DNA from: Patescibacteria group bacterium
GTDB lineage: Bacteria; Patescibacteriota; Minisyncoccia; Phycocordibacterales; UBA918
Direction of reading: 5' to 3'
Length of the DNA stretch: 64,000 nt
Assembly (NCBI GenBank): GCA_019750255.1
Contig: JAIEOU010000001.1
Coordinates: forward strand, 36,006-100,005
The first letter of the stretch is position 1. The number at the start of each line of letters is the position of its first letter. Position numbers and translations under genes: made by a program. The notes under the pieces are model-generated. The model saw only the letters and a list, made by a program, of their open reading frames with translations. It was not told the DNA's origin and made no database searches. Positions 1 through 9,235 of this stretch are shown piece by piece.

Positions 1-296
1 CGCTGTAATGAAATTACAAACTTGCGCAACTTGTTTAGCGCCTCAAAAATATTTCTGATTCGCGACAGGTTTAACCATGGTGAAGCGTCTCAAACAATGA
101 TGTGCAGACGAGGAGACCAGGAGTGAAATCGTGAGCCGTACTTTGCGGTACAGTGACTGATCGAGCGACGAAGTCGACAAAGGAGAGAACGAGCGTCGTG
201 ATGAAAGTAATTTTATATTTGCTTTTATCTATGACCGAATGAGCAAAATTTGTATCCTCTTGATACAAAATATACGCGCGTTTTTGGAGGTGCGAA

Positions 297-2363
297 TTAA
301 ATGTCGAGGTTCGCCATCTTAGCATTCGACTGAATAAACGACTTTCGACTCGACACATCGGTACCCATCAAAATATCGAATACCTTGTCTGCCATTTGAC
401 CGTCGTCAATCGTTACCTGCTTGAGGATACGGTTCTCAGGATTCATGGTGGTCTCCCAGAGTTCGTCGGCATTCATTTCACCAAGACCCTTGTAGCGCTG
501 GATGCGTACCTTCCCCACCTTCTTCGCTGTGGCCACTTCTTCCTCAGCCTCTTCCTCCTCCTCGCTCCCCTCTTCTACATTTTCTTCTACTCCCATATCT
601 TTGAGGACGGCAAACTTTTCGTCATCGGTAAAGGCGTAGCGAATATCCTTACCTCGCTGAATTTTGTAGAGCGGCGGCTGAGCAATGTATATGAAGCCAG
701 CATCAAGGAGTGGACGGAAGTAACGGTAGAAGAGCGTGAGGAGGAGCGTTCTAATGTGCGCCCCGTCCACGTCCGCGTCTGTCGCAATAATCACTTTATG
801 ATAGCGTAGACGAGAAATATCAAATACGTCACCGATAGCCGTACCCATTGCAATCACCAAGTTTTTAATCTGTTCAGAAGCGAGCATCTTATCGATACGA
901 GCGCGCTCGACGTTCAGAATTTTCCCTCGCAGCGGCAAAATCGCTTGGGTCTTTCGGTCGCGACCCATCTTCGCTGAACCACCGGCCGAGTCTCCCTCTA
1001 CAATAAAGAGCTCCGAATCTTCTGCTCGCTTACTCTGACAGTCAGCGAGCTTGCCCGGGAGAGAGAGACCTTCAAGCGCCCCTTTACGGAGCACACTGTC
1101 TTTGGCCGCCTTCGCCGCCTTGCGCGCCTTCACCGCAATAATCACTTTGTTGATGATAGCCTTCGCGTCATCCGGATGCTCTTCCAGGTAGGTTGAAAAC
1201 GCGTCGCCAAACACCGACTCCACAGCGCTGCGAGCCTCGACCGAACCGAGCTTGGCTTTGGTCTGACCCTCAAACTGAATCTCGGGCATTTTCACCGATA
1301 CCACAGCCGTAATACCTTCGAGCACGTCTTCACCGGTAAAACCGGCGTCCTTATCCTTTACACTAAAGAAGTTATTTTTCTTAGCGTAGTTGTTGAGCGT
1401 TCGAGTCAGAGCGGTCTTAAATCCAGTTATATGCGTGCCATGTTCGGGATTGTAAATATTGTTCGCAAAGGCACTAATGCGCGGAGAGAGGTCATCCACG
1501 TACTGCAGCGCTACTTCAACCGACAGCACCGCCTTATCTACTTCATTCTTTTCGATGTAGAAAATATTCTTGTGCACTGGCTTTTGATACAGGTTGTTGA
1601 ACGCAACAAGAGAGCGTAAGCCGCCTTCAAAGTAGAAGTGCTGGTGCGGTACCTCAAGCGCCTGATCGGTCAGATACTGCACGCCCCGAAGTTCGAGTTT
1701 CTTTTGTGCCTTGTCGTCGAGCTCCCGAGCATCAATCACCGAGAGATGCATCGCCTTTACGAGGTATGCCTGCTGACGCAAGTGCGCCACAATCTTTTTG
1801 TAGTCGTACGCAATTTCAGGAAAGATACTGGGGTCGGCCTGGAAGGTAATGATGGTGCCCTGGAGTTTTGATGGGCCCACTTTCTTTACCTTGTACTTTG
1901 GTACACCAATGTTGTACTCCTGCATGTGGTAGCCACCATCGCGATGAACTTCAGCAATCACATGGGTAGACAGCGCGTTTACCACCGACACACCCACCCC
2001 GTGAAGCCCGCCTGATACCTTGTAGCCGGTATCTTCACCTCCGAATTTTCCACCAGCATGAAGGACCGTGAGGATGGTTTCGAGCGCTGACACGTTAGTC
2101 TGCTTATGGAGGTCAACCGGAATACCACGGCCGTTGTCAGCGACGCGGATGTAGTTGTCAGGCAGGAGCGTGAGTTCAATGCGGTCAGCAAACCCACCCA
2201 TCGCTTCGTCACGAGAGTTGTCGAAGACTTCCCAAATGAGGTGGTGTAGACCATCGAGACCGGTCGTCCCGATGTACATACCAGGTCGCTTACGCACCGG
2301 ATCAAGCCCTTCAAGAACCGAAATGGACGACGCATCGTAGCTACCCTTCTTTTTCTCTGCCAT
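297..2363 (-). CDS. gyrB: DNA gyrase subunit B
   Basis: 688 aa. The N-terminus GSYDASSISVLEGLDPVRKRPGMYIGTT is the GHKL ATPase signature, and the C-terminal Toprim/GyrB tail carries an acidic insert. TAA stop. Confidence 0.93.
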   Translation of the reverse strand: MAEKKKGSYDASSISVLEGLDPVRKRPGMYIGTTGLDGLHHLIWEVFDNSRDEAMGGFADRIELTLLPDNYIRVADNGRGIPVDLHKQTNVSALETILTVLHAGGKFGGEDTGYKVSGGLHGVGVSVVNALSTHVIAEVHRDGGYHMQEYNIGVPKYKVKKVGPSKLQGTIITFQADPSIFPEIAYDYKKIVAHLRQQAYLVKAMHLSVIDARELDDKAQKKLELRGVQYLTDQALEVPHQHFYFEGGLRSLVAFNNLYQKPVHKNIFYIEKNEVDKAVLSVEVALQYVDDLSPRISAFANNIYNPEHGTHITGFKTALTRTLNNYAKKNNFFSVKDKDAGFTGEDVLEGITAVVSVKMPEIQFEGQTKAKLGSVEARSAVESVFGDAFSTYLEEHPDDAKAIINKVIIAVKARKAAKAAKDSVLRKGALEGLSLPGKLADCQSKRAEDSELFIVEGDSAGGSAKMGRDRKTQAILPLRGKILNVERARIDKMLASEQIKNLVIAMGTAIGDVFDISRLRYHKVIIATDADVDGAHIRTLLLTLFYRYFRPLLDAGFIYIAQPPLYKIQRGKDIRYAFTDDEKFAVLKDMGVEENVEEGSEEEEEAEEEVATAKKVGKVRIQRYKGLGEMNADELWETTMNPENRILKQVTIDDGQMADKVFDILMGTDVSSRKSFIQSNAKMANLDI

Positions 2364-2413
2364 ACCGAAATACCACTCTTAAAACCGCTAAAATGACTCC
2401 ACTAGTATAGCAG

Positions 2414-2439
2414 AAAACCCGGCCTTTTGCGCGGGTTTT
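2414..2439. terminator. GC hairpin flanked by A/T runs between pheT and gyrB; a possible bidirectional intrinsic terminator
   Basis: aaaacccg...cgggtttt forms an 8 bp stem with a 10 nt loop, and T runs follow it on both strands. This was seen directly in the sequence. Confidence 0.4.
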
Positions 2440-2466
2440 CAGCCCATTTATGCATAAAAACTCCCT

Positions 2467-4374
2467 CTATCGAACCTCCCCACCGGCAGCTTGAGCTGCC
2501 AATGCAATAGCAGCCACAAAGGAATCAACCTCCTCTCCAGTCAGGGTGCGGTCGGTCGCTTGGAAAACAAAACGGAAGGCAAGCGAAGTTCGGCCCTCTT
2601 TGGTAAACGTATCAATATGGGTGTGACGCACACACAGGGCGCCCGCGGCCGCGCGTAGTGTGGCGGAAAGTGCCGCAACATCAGTACCCTCTGGCATCCA
2701 GACCGCGAGGTCGCGCGACACCGCGGGGTAGAGCGAGAACGCCTGATAGCGGTTACCTGACGGGGCTGAACTAGCTTCGTACACAGTAGGAACCGGCAGA
2801 GTTGCAAGCAGGTCGGACAGGCGGCACTCGGCCACTCCATGCTCTGAAGACATCCACGAGACTTCGACCCCAAGTGCCATTACTACCGCCTCCTTGGCTT
2901 TTTCTAGCAGCACGTCATCCACCTTAGCCTTGTACTCACTGCCACTACGCACCGCAATTGCCAAGTGATAATACTCTGCGTCAGCTTCAAAGACGGTTCC
3001 AAGTTCAAAAAGCTGAACTGCTGAAAGACCGAGCAAGTCACGGTTCGGCGCGTTCTTCGCGAGCGCCTCGGTGAGGTTCGCCTTAAGCTGACTGCGTAAA
3101 TAGCTCTTGTCGGAAGCGAGCGCATTTTTCAGTCGCACTTCATCATTCTCGCGGAAGGAGCTGGTAAAAATTTCCGAAAAGCCAAGAGTGGTGAGCGCGC
3201 CGCGAATACGCTCGGCGTAGTAGTGTCGGACGTTAATCGCGGCCGCTCGTGTCCCCGTTGGTGGAATAGAAGCGATATGAGTAAGACCGTAGAAGCGGCC
3301 GATTTCTTCGATCACATCTTCGGCAATTACGAGGTCATCACGTTCAAACGGTGGAGTGATCGTGAGCGTACCGTCTGTTAATACATGCTGATAGCCCAGT
3401 CGTCCCATAATGTCGACAACCTCGACAGTGGTGAGCGAAAGTCCAAGGACACTATTTATTTTTGCGAGTGTAACGCTCACTGATGCACGCTCCTCCCTAC
3501 CTTCCCCAGTGCTGGTGTACCCCACGAGCGTGCCGCCGACAAGCTCGGCAAGGAGCTCCACGACTCGTTTCAGTCCTAGTGGCGCGAGGGCACGCGGCAC
3601 GCCGTTTTCGTAGCGCTGTGACGCATCGGTGCGCAGACTGTACCGCTGTGCGGTTTTGCGAACCGACACGCGTTCAAAGTGTGCTGACTCTATAAGGAGT
3701 GTAGTCGTGCCGTCGTCTACTGCCGCCTGTGCCCCGCCCTTTACTCCGGCAATCGCAATTGGGCTATTGTCGGTACCGTCAACTACCACCATATCGACTG
3801 GCGAAAGGGTTACCTCCTCGCCCATGAGGGTAGTGATTTTTTCATCAATCTTAGCTGCCCGCACCCCGACTGAATAGAGCTCACCCACCCTACCGAGCTT
3901 GTCGGCATCGAAGGCATGAAGCGGCTGCCCCATTTCAAACATCACGTAGTTAGCTACGTCGACCACATTATTAATCGGTCGCTGGCCGATAACCTTAAGA
4001 CGTTTCTGCAGCCACTCTGGTGACGGACCCACCTGCACCCCAGTCATAAGCGCAGCGCTATAGTAATCACAGCCTGGTGTTTCTAGGGTAAGGGAAATCT
4101 GGTCGACGGCGGGAGTAAGCTCGGGCGACGCCTGAAGTGGGTCGTGACAAAGCTCGCGACTTAAAATCACACCCACCTCCTTTGCTACACCACGGTGCGA
4201 CAAAAGCCAAGCCGATTTATCAGGCAAGACTTTTACATCAATCACCATATCGCCATCAACCTCAACTACCTCCTCAATTTCTGAAGAATGAAACGTGAGC
4301 TTTTCTTCAAGATCACCCGCTACCGGAAGCGGGTCGGTGAAAAAAGTCTGGAGCCAGTCGTAAGAAACTTTCAT
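2467..4374 (-). CDS. pheT: phenylalanine--tRNA ligase beta subunit (short form)
   Basis: 635 aa with the N-terminal MKVSYDWLQTF tRNA-binding start typical of PheT, and the B3/4 and B5 regions recognisable. It lies directly adjacent to pheS. Confidence 0.88.
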   Translation of the reverse strand: MKVSYDWLQTFFTDPLPVAGDLEEKLTFHSSEIEEVVEVDGDMVIDVKVLPDKSAWLLSHRGVAKEVGVILSRELCHDPLQASPELTPAVDQISLTLETPGCDYYSAALMTGVQVGPSPEWLQKRLKVIGQRPINNVVDVANYVMFEMGQPLHAFDADKLGRVGELYSVGVRAAKIDEKITTLMGEEVTLSPVDMVVVDGTDNSPIAIAGVKGGAQAAVDDGTTTLLIESAHFERVSVRKTAQRYSLRTDASQRYENGVPRALAPLGLKRVVELLAELVGGTLVGYTSTGEGREERASVSVTLAKINSVLGLSLTTVEVVDIMGRLGYQHVLTDGTLTITPPFERDDLVIAEDVIEEIGRFYGLTHIASIPPTGTRAAAINVRHYYAERIRGALTTLGFSEIFTSSFRENDEVRLKNALASDKSYLRSQLKANLTEALAKNAPNRDLLGLSAVQLFELGTVFEADAEYYHLAIAVRSGSEYKAKVDDVLLEKAKEAVVMALGVEVSWMSSEHGVAECRLSDLLATLPVPTVYEASSAPSGNRYQAFSLYPAVSRDLAVWMPEGTDVAALSATLRAAAGALCVRHTHIDTFTKEGRTSLAFRFVFQATDRTLTGEEVDSFVAAIALAAQAAGGEVR

Positions 4375-4376
4375 AA

Positions 4377-5129
4377 TTAAAATTGGTTTACCAAACGTAA
4401 GTCACCGTTATACAAGAGTCGTACATCATCAATCCCAAAACGCATAACGGCGAGACGATCAATTCCCATACCGAAGGCATAGCCCTGATACTGCTCTGGG
4501 TCGACTCCAGCGGCGAGTAGCACGTTTGGGTGCACCATTCCGGCACCCATGATTTCAATCCAGCGGCCCGAGAGCTTATTCCCTTCCTGCGGCGCGATGC
4601 GCATATCCACCTCCACGCTCGGCTCGGTAAACGGAAAGAATGACGGACGAAAACGTACTTCGGCCGCCCCCGAAAATAACTTCGAAAAGAAATACTCAAG
4701 CACTCCTTTCATGTGGGCCAGTGACGCATCTGTGTCGACCACAAGCCCTTCAAGCTGGAAAAACTGGGCTTCGTGGGTGGCGTCGGTAGCTTCGTTACGA
4801 AACACCTTGCCCGGGCAAATCATGCGAATCGGTGGTTCGTTTTGCTCCATAAAGCGCACCTGGACGGGGCTCGTGTGCGTACGCATCACCATCTGGTCGT
4901 CACCTTCCAGGTAGAACGTATCTTGCATATCGCGTGACGGGTGGTCCTTGGGGACATTCAACATGTCGAAGTTATAGGCGACAAGCTCACGCTCAGGACC
5001 CTCGGCATAGGTAAAGCCGATCTCGCTAAAGATAGTGTTTATTTCAGCAATGAGCTGTGAGATCGGGTGTCGGTGGCCGGGTAGGTTCATACGAATGTTA
5101 TTGTGCTGGGATTTCAGTAAATACCTCAA
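4377..5129 (-). CDS. pheS: phenylalanine--tRNA ligase alpha subunit with a minimal catalytic core
   Basis: 237-250 aa. Class II aaRS motifs are present (KDHPSRDMQDTFY, FRNE, GxGxGxxR). The usual roughly 90 aa N-terminal coiled-coil is missing. An alternative start at 5090 would avoid overlap with the upstream ORF. Confidence 0.85.
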   Translation of the reverse strand: MRYLLKSQHNNIRMNLPGHRHPISQLIAEINTIFSEIGFTYAEGPERELVAYNFDMLNVPKDHPSRDMQDTFYLEGDDQMVMRTHTSPVQVRFMEQNEPPIRMICPGKVFRNEATDATHEAQFFQLEGLVVDTDASLAHMKGVLEYFFSKLFSGAAEVRFRPSFFPFTEPSVEVDMRIAPQEGNKLSGRWIEIMGAGMVHPNVLLAAGVDPEQYQGYAFGMGIDRLAVMRFGIDDVRLLYNGDLRLVNQF

Positions 5130-6324
5130 CTACCCCTTCGGTCGATGAAGCGTAGATACGGTTACCATCAACGAGAACCTGAAGATTCTCTCCGGGATAG
5201 AGGAGCTGGGTATTTTGCCAAGCTCGATCATCTACCTCAACCACATGAAGGCCGTTCTTAAGATGCATAAGGACCAAGTTGGTATCACTGGGCATAAACA
5301 TAAAATCTAGTACCGGCTGCCCCTTGCGATCAATACGGATATCGGTACGGCACTCACGCCCGAGGTCACCCGGGGCAAACTCAATTGCCTGCGAAAATTC
5401 TTGTAACGTACTTGAAGCGGTACTACTCGCTAGTGCGAGCGCCTCAGCTTCAGCCTGAGCGACCTCAACCGGAGGAATAGCGCAGAAATAGACTGGCACA
5501 TCGCGACCTGTGCCAAGCGCCTTAACAAACACATCCTCACCAGCCTGATAGAGCATTACATCGTTGCTTACGATAGTGGTGGTAGCAAACGCAAGGAGTG
5601 CTGTCGTAGTTGCGCTGGTAGTTGCGAGCGGATTCATCGCTTTAAGCGCCTGTACTTCAGCAAAAAGACGTGCGCGCAGTGCGGTCGTGGAAGCTTGCTC
5701 GGCGAACAATGTGGCGAGTCGTGCATACTCACGGTTAGCGACCAAGGTTGAGGTTGCTCGAGACGTAGTCGCGAAATAAGAAGTAGTAGTCGTTGTAAAC
5801 GAAAATGGTACCGATGTGGTGCTTGCCACCACTACCACCGCAGTACCAGATAGCGTGTTATACGGAGTAACAACACGAACGTGCGGAATAAGTGGCATAT
5901 TAAACGATTCAACTTCAGTCACTATGTGCGGCAGCACATTTAATTCCTTCACCCACGTGTGGGTACCCGGTGCTTGAACGTGCACACGATGAAGACCGGC
6001 ATTGAGTCCTTGAATATAGGTGGCATTACGGAAGGTACGAGCATCTGTCACCGGTGCTTCGTTTACATAAATCATAGCCTCTGGAATATCAACCGTGACA
6101 TACAGTCCACCTGTAGCCGTGATTGAAGGAGAGTCAGACATAAAGTCATAACGGTATCCGGTAGCGTAGAAAATAAAAGCAGGAAGCGAAAGAACAAAGA
6201 AGAGCACCAGAAACACAAAAAAGGCACGGCGGCGGAAGAGTGAGAGCGGCTTAACAAGTGGTTCAGATGGCATAGAAGTTACGTGGTTGCGTCGGTGGTG
6301 GTACGCGTTTTCGGTGTGACCCAA
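5098..6324 (-). CDS. hypothetical membrane-anchored protein with an N-terminal TM helix and Thr/Ala-rich tracts
   Basis: 408 aa ORF with one N-terminal hydrophobic helix (FFVFLVLFFVLSLPAFIFYATGY) and low-complexity T/A/S-rich segments. It overlaps its neighbours by 32 and 46 nt. No family was recognised. Confidence 0.5.
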   Translation of the reverse strand: MGHTENAYHHRRNHVTSMPSEPLVKPLSLFRRRAFFVFLVLFFVLSLPAFIFYATGYRYDFMSDSPSITATGGLYVTVDIPEAMIYVNEAPVTDARTFRNATYIQGLNAGLHRVHVQAPGTHTWVKELNVLPHIVTEVESFNMPLIPHVRVVTPYNTLSGTAVVVVASTTSVPFSFTTTTTSYFATTSRATSTLVANREYARLATLFAEQASTTALRARLFAEVQALKAMNPLATTSATTTALLAFATTTIVSNDVMLYQAGEDVFVKALGTGRDVPVYFCAIPPVEVAQAEAEALALASSTASSTLQEFSQAIEFAPGDLGRECRTDIRIDRKGQPVLDFMFMPSDTNLVLMHLKNGLHVVEVDDRAWQNTQLLYPGENLQVLVDGNRIYASSTEGVVEVFTEIPAQ

Positions 6325-7889
6325 AAGCCCATATAGCGACCAAACATAAGACGGGTCTGCGCATCAAGGCCTGGAATGGCGCTAAAAATAATCATTGTAG
6401 CGGGGACCATAATCCATTGGAGCGCGAGGACAATATAGCGCCAGCGACCGCGTTCTTTTGGCCGCGGCGGCAAGAGCGTGAGTGAGATCATTGACGAGAT
6501 AACGAGACCAAACATCGCGAGAATCAGTAGATCGCGCACAATAATGGGCAGGTTATAGGAGAGCACGGTCTGGTGGAAATCGTGCCCGCCGAGGAAAATC
6601 GGGGTCCATCCCAGAATAAAAAGCATGATAGGGTTCGTGACGAGGGACCAATACCCTTCCGCCTGACGAAGCGCAATCGTTATGCGCTTGGTGCGCGAGA
6701 TAGCGTGCTGGTGGCGGAAGTGGTAGAGGATGTAACATAGGTTTTCTACACCATAGGTCCAGCGCCGGTGTTGACGATAAATCTGGCCAATAGTTTTTAA
6801 TAGTGTCGGCGCCGCATTGGCATCCATTGAGACCGGGTACGAAAGGGGTACCACGTCGTACTCGCCATTATTCGCCATCATGAGATTCCAGTAAATGCGT
6901 GAGTCTTCACTCACCATATTGCGCTGCCAGTAGCCAACTTCGTAGAGTGCCTGAAATGACACTGAGTGCGACGAGAAGGTCGCCATGCGCTCGGGGCGTT
7001 CTTGCTGAACCATTTCCCAGAAGGTTGACGACATCGCGACCACTCGAGAAATAGCCGGGGCGTTCCAAATGTTGTTATTGAAAATTGGCACTGGCTGGAA
7101 CGAGCTCTTGAGGGGACGCGCCGCGGTAAGAAAATGCCACACTAAACAATTGAAGTAGTCGGGATAGAGTACCGTATCGATATCAAAAATAGAAACAAGC
7201 GTCTGGTCGTAGCGAATACCATGAGGATCAAGCACTTTAGTGCGCACCTCTTCAGCTGCCCACGATGCATTTGAACCCTTGCCGGCGAGTTCGCCGACAA
7301 TATCGGCCGGGTGCGTGGTCACCAGCACATGTCCAAAGACATCCCCGTACTTGGCTTTCATGGTTGCAGCAATAGCTTGCGCTTCAGCACCTGCCCGCTC
7401 CTCTGTGGCGAGGACTACAATAATATTTTTTTTGTTGTACCGAACTTTCGTGAGCGCCTCAACCGTCGCTTCAATAATTTCTTGGGGTTCTTTATAGAAT
7501 GGCAAAAGCACTACGTGGTAGAGGTGGTCGTATTCAAAGCGCGCGACAAGCGCTTGCCAATCGAGTGACAAGTGGTGACGTAGACGCTTCCAATTATGAC
7601 GGAGATGATACGAAAGGAATGCAGTTTTAAGCAACCAGTAGAGGGCAAAGCCGATAACAAAATAAGCTGCAAAGAACGGGAAATAAATAGAGAGTACTAT
7701 CACTCCGATGAGCGTACCCCATGAGGCAATTCCAGGCAGCATCTCAAGTACACGATAAAAACGCCTGGTATTGCCGGTGAGTTCGGTGGCTCGCCCTACA
7801 TGAAAATCAGGGCGGCGGGCATACGGCAATAAATGATCCTTTGAGGGCTCCATAGACAGTGCTAAAAGTATACCGCGAACGTGCCCCAA
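6279..7889 (-). CDS. processive family-2 glycosyltransferase (cellulose/chitin-synthase-like, membrane)
   Basis: 536 aa with N- and C-terminal TM helices. It has the GT-A D, DxD motifs and a QxxRW motif (RQHRRWTYG) diagnostic of processive GT2. The start is uncertain (later Met codons are possible). Confidence 0.8.
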   Translation of the reverse strand: MGHVRGILLALSMEPSKDHLLPYARRPDFHVGRATELTGNTRRFYRVLEMLPGIASWGTLIGVIVLSIYFPFFAAYFVIGFALYWLLKTAFLSYHLRHNWKRLRHHLSLDWQALVARFEYDHLYHVVLLPFYKEPQEIIEATVEALTKVRYNKKNIIVVLATEERAGAEAQAIAATMKAKYGDVFGHVLVTTHPADIVGELAGKGSNASWAAEEVRTKVLDPHGIRYDQTLVSIFDIDTVLYPDYFNCLVWHFLTAARPLKSSFQPVPIFNNNIWNAPAISRVVAMSSTFWEMVQQERPERMATFSSHSVSFQALYEVGYWQRNMVSEDSRIYWNLMMANNGEYDVVPLSYPVSMDANAAPTLLKTIGQIYRQHRRWTYGVENLCYILYHFRHQHAISRTKRITIALRQAEGYWSLVTNPIMLFILGWTPIFLGGHDFHQTVLSYNLPIIVRDLLILAMFGLVISSMISLTLLPPRPKERGRWRYIVLALQWIMVPATMIIFSAIPGLDAQTRLMFGRYMGFWVTPKTRTTTDATT

Positions 7890-7999
7890 AAACAGGTTCC
7901 CAAACAGGGTTTTTGTGGGGTTATTGAGGGGAGGAGTTGGTTGACTTTTTAAATATATTAATACTTAATGTTTAGTAGGTTCCAACCGAGGAAAAAACA

Positions 8000-8494
8000 T
8001 TGCAGTTTCCTAGCGAACGCGTAAAGTCACGCCTTATGCGTGAAGCATTCCGTACAGTTGCCTTGGAGCAAAGTGTCGGACAACTGGACGTGGAGGAGGT
8101 GTATTCGCTCGTCCGGATTGGTCTGGTACATATGCTCTCCTCCAATACTCCCGTGATGGGGATGACGGAGGTCAAGGGCCTACTCGAAGAGCTTATGCCG
8201 AAGGCAAGAGAGTACCTCGCCGAGGTATCGGCTATTTCCTCGAGAGAGTACCTGCGCAAGCTTTCGGACGCGACCGCTGCCCTCTCTCAAGCGAGCGCAC
8301 GCGCATACGAGACCTGCCAGCTCAAGAAGAAGAATGTCGAAACGTTTCTACGGGTGCTCGACCACTATAGAGCACTTTGCTTCAGAGAAGGATACAATCC
8401 GACAGACATCATCGGAGTAGACACCTTACTACTAGGCCAGCTTGTTGCAGAAGAATTCGAACGCTACGGCGACTCGCTCAATTCGACAGCGTGA
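8000..8494 (+). CDS. hypothetical all-alpha protein
   Basis: 164 aa ORF with a TTG start preceded by the SD-like GAGGAAAAAACA, and a promoter-like TTGACT...TATATT sequence upstream. No family was recognised. Confidence 0.5.
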   Translation: MQFPSERVKSRLMREAFRTVALEQSVGQLDVEEVYSLVRIGLVHMLSSNTPVMGMTEVKGLLEELMPKAREYLAEVSAISSREYLRKLSDATAALSQASARAYETCQLKKKNVETFLRVLDHYRALCFREGYNPTDIIGVDTLLLGQLVAEEFERYGDSLNSTA

Positions 8495-8697
8495 AAGCCG
8501 TCCATTCGGTGAGACAAGGAGCTTCCCCTTCGTCTCGTGCGGAGGGGCGGCTTTTCTTTTTATTTAAAGCAGCGTCTCTGCGAGGCATGAGGCAGACCAA
8601 CCATCCCGTCTCTGCGATCTTGTGAAGCAGTCCAGAGTTACGATGCCTCATCATGGATTGCTTCGGCTGAGGCCTCGCAATGACGGGAGGTTTCAGC

Positions 8698-8844
8698 CGC
8701 CTGTATCTTCGATACACAGCGGCCTCGCTCGGATGTGGCTGGGCAGGGCCGGTGGCACAGAACTAACTCAAATGATTTGACAGAGTACGTGCGCCTGTAT
8801 CTTCGATACACAGCGGCCTCGCTCGGATGTGGCTGGGCAGGGCC
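8698..8844. repeat. two perfect 53-bp direct repeats (8698-8750 and 8792-8844) separated by 41 bp
   Basis: The string cgcctgtatcttcgatacacagcggcctcgctcggatgtggctgggcagggcc occurs twice identically. The overlapping 'ORFs' 8638..8850 and 8768..9031 only mirror the repeat. Confidence 0.9.
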
Positions 8845-8853
8845 CAGCACAAA

Positions 8854-8905
8854 CTACAGAAAATGGCCGGAAGAAAGTAAACTTTCTTCCGGCCATTTTC
8901 TGTAG
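8854..8905. terminator. near-perfect 25-bp-arm palindrome that is a probable terminator for the minus-strand tRNA unit
   Basis: ctacagaaaatggccggaagaaagt and its exact reverse complement are separated by 2 nt. It lies immediately downstream (minus strand) of the tRNA-like element. Confidence 0.5.
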
Positions 8906-8936
8906 TTTGCTCGCTTCGCTTCCACATCGCTCGCAT

Positions 8937-9111
8937 TGGAGCCGCCTGTCAGATTCGAACTGACGACCTACTTGCACAAACGAGAACTGGTGAGGGAGCT
9001 TGCTCACGCACCATGTTCGAGTGCAGTGCAAGGAAGCTTTGCTTACACATTACAAGTGGCAATAGTGGGTCCCACCCCACTATTGCCTCTCCCAGCTGAG
9101 CTCAAGGCGGC
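8937..9111 (-). ncRNA. tRNA-Thr-derived tRNA-like element (175 nt), either a pseudo-tRNA or an unusual structured RNA
   Basis: The 5' acceptor and D arm (GCCGCCT-TGAGCTCAGCTGGGAGAGG) and the 3' 34 nt (AGGTCGTCAGTTCGAATCTGACAGGCGGCTCCA) match the adjacent tRNA-Thr. The body carries a perfect 12-bp hairpin insert and a roughly 80 nt insert after ACTTGTAAT, so the anticodon arm is not canonical. Confidence 0.45.
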
Positions 9112-9125
9112 TAGAATTAAAACCT

Positions 9126-9201
9126 GGGAGCCGCCTGTCAGATTCGAACTGACGACCTACTCATTACAAGTGAGTTGCTCTACCAACTGAGCTAAGGCGG
9201 C
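9126..9201 (-). tRNA. tRNA-Thr (anticodon UGU)
   Basis: It folds by hand as GCCGCCT/TA/GCTC-AGTTGGT-AGAGC/A/ACTCA-CTTGTAA-TGAGT/AGGTC/GTCAG-TTCGAAT-CTGAC/AGGCGGC/T plus CC(C)A. The anticodon loop is CT-TGT-AA. Confidence 0.85.
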
Positions 9202-9235
9202 TCCCAGGTTTTAATTCACTAAAGCAATGTCGGCT

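Noticed and set aside
396-2340. Opposite-strand and alternate-frame ORFs inside gyrB (396..809, 587..787, 1431..1619, 1638..1871, 1979..2335, 2155..2340), and the same class elsewhere (for example 28197..28775 in secA, 38480..39298 in the kinase gene, 10623..11061 in rpsB, 19048..19464 in gap)
   Set aside because: They fully overlap strongly supported conserved genes, have Ser/Pro/Arg-rich low-complexity translations typical of off-frame GC-rich sequence, and lack recognisable motifs.
8698-8844. A possible CRISPR array from the 53-bp repeats
   Set aside because: There are only two copies, the repeat is longer than usual CRISPR repeats, the 41-bp 'spacer' shares sequence with the flanks, and no cas genes lie anywhere in the window.
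8937-9111. tmRNA (ssrA) hypothesis for the tRNA-like element
   Set aside because: At 175 nt it is far shorter than tmRNA. No convincing tag-peptide frame ending in ...AA-stop was found, and the 5' half resembles a tRNA D arm rather than the tmRNA P2 helix.
8936-9190. Plus-strand ORF 8936..9190 and the minus-strand ORFs 8638..8850 / 8768..9031
   Set aside because: They overlie tRNA or tRNA-like sequence and the direct repeats. The shared peptide segment is an artefact of the DNA repeat.
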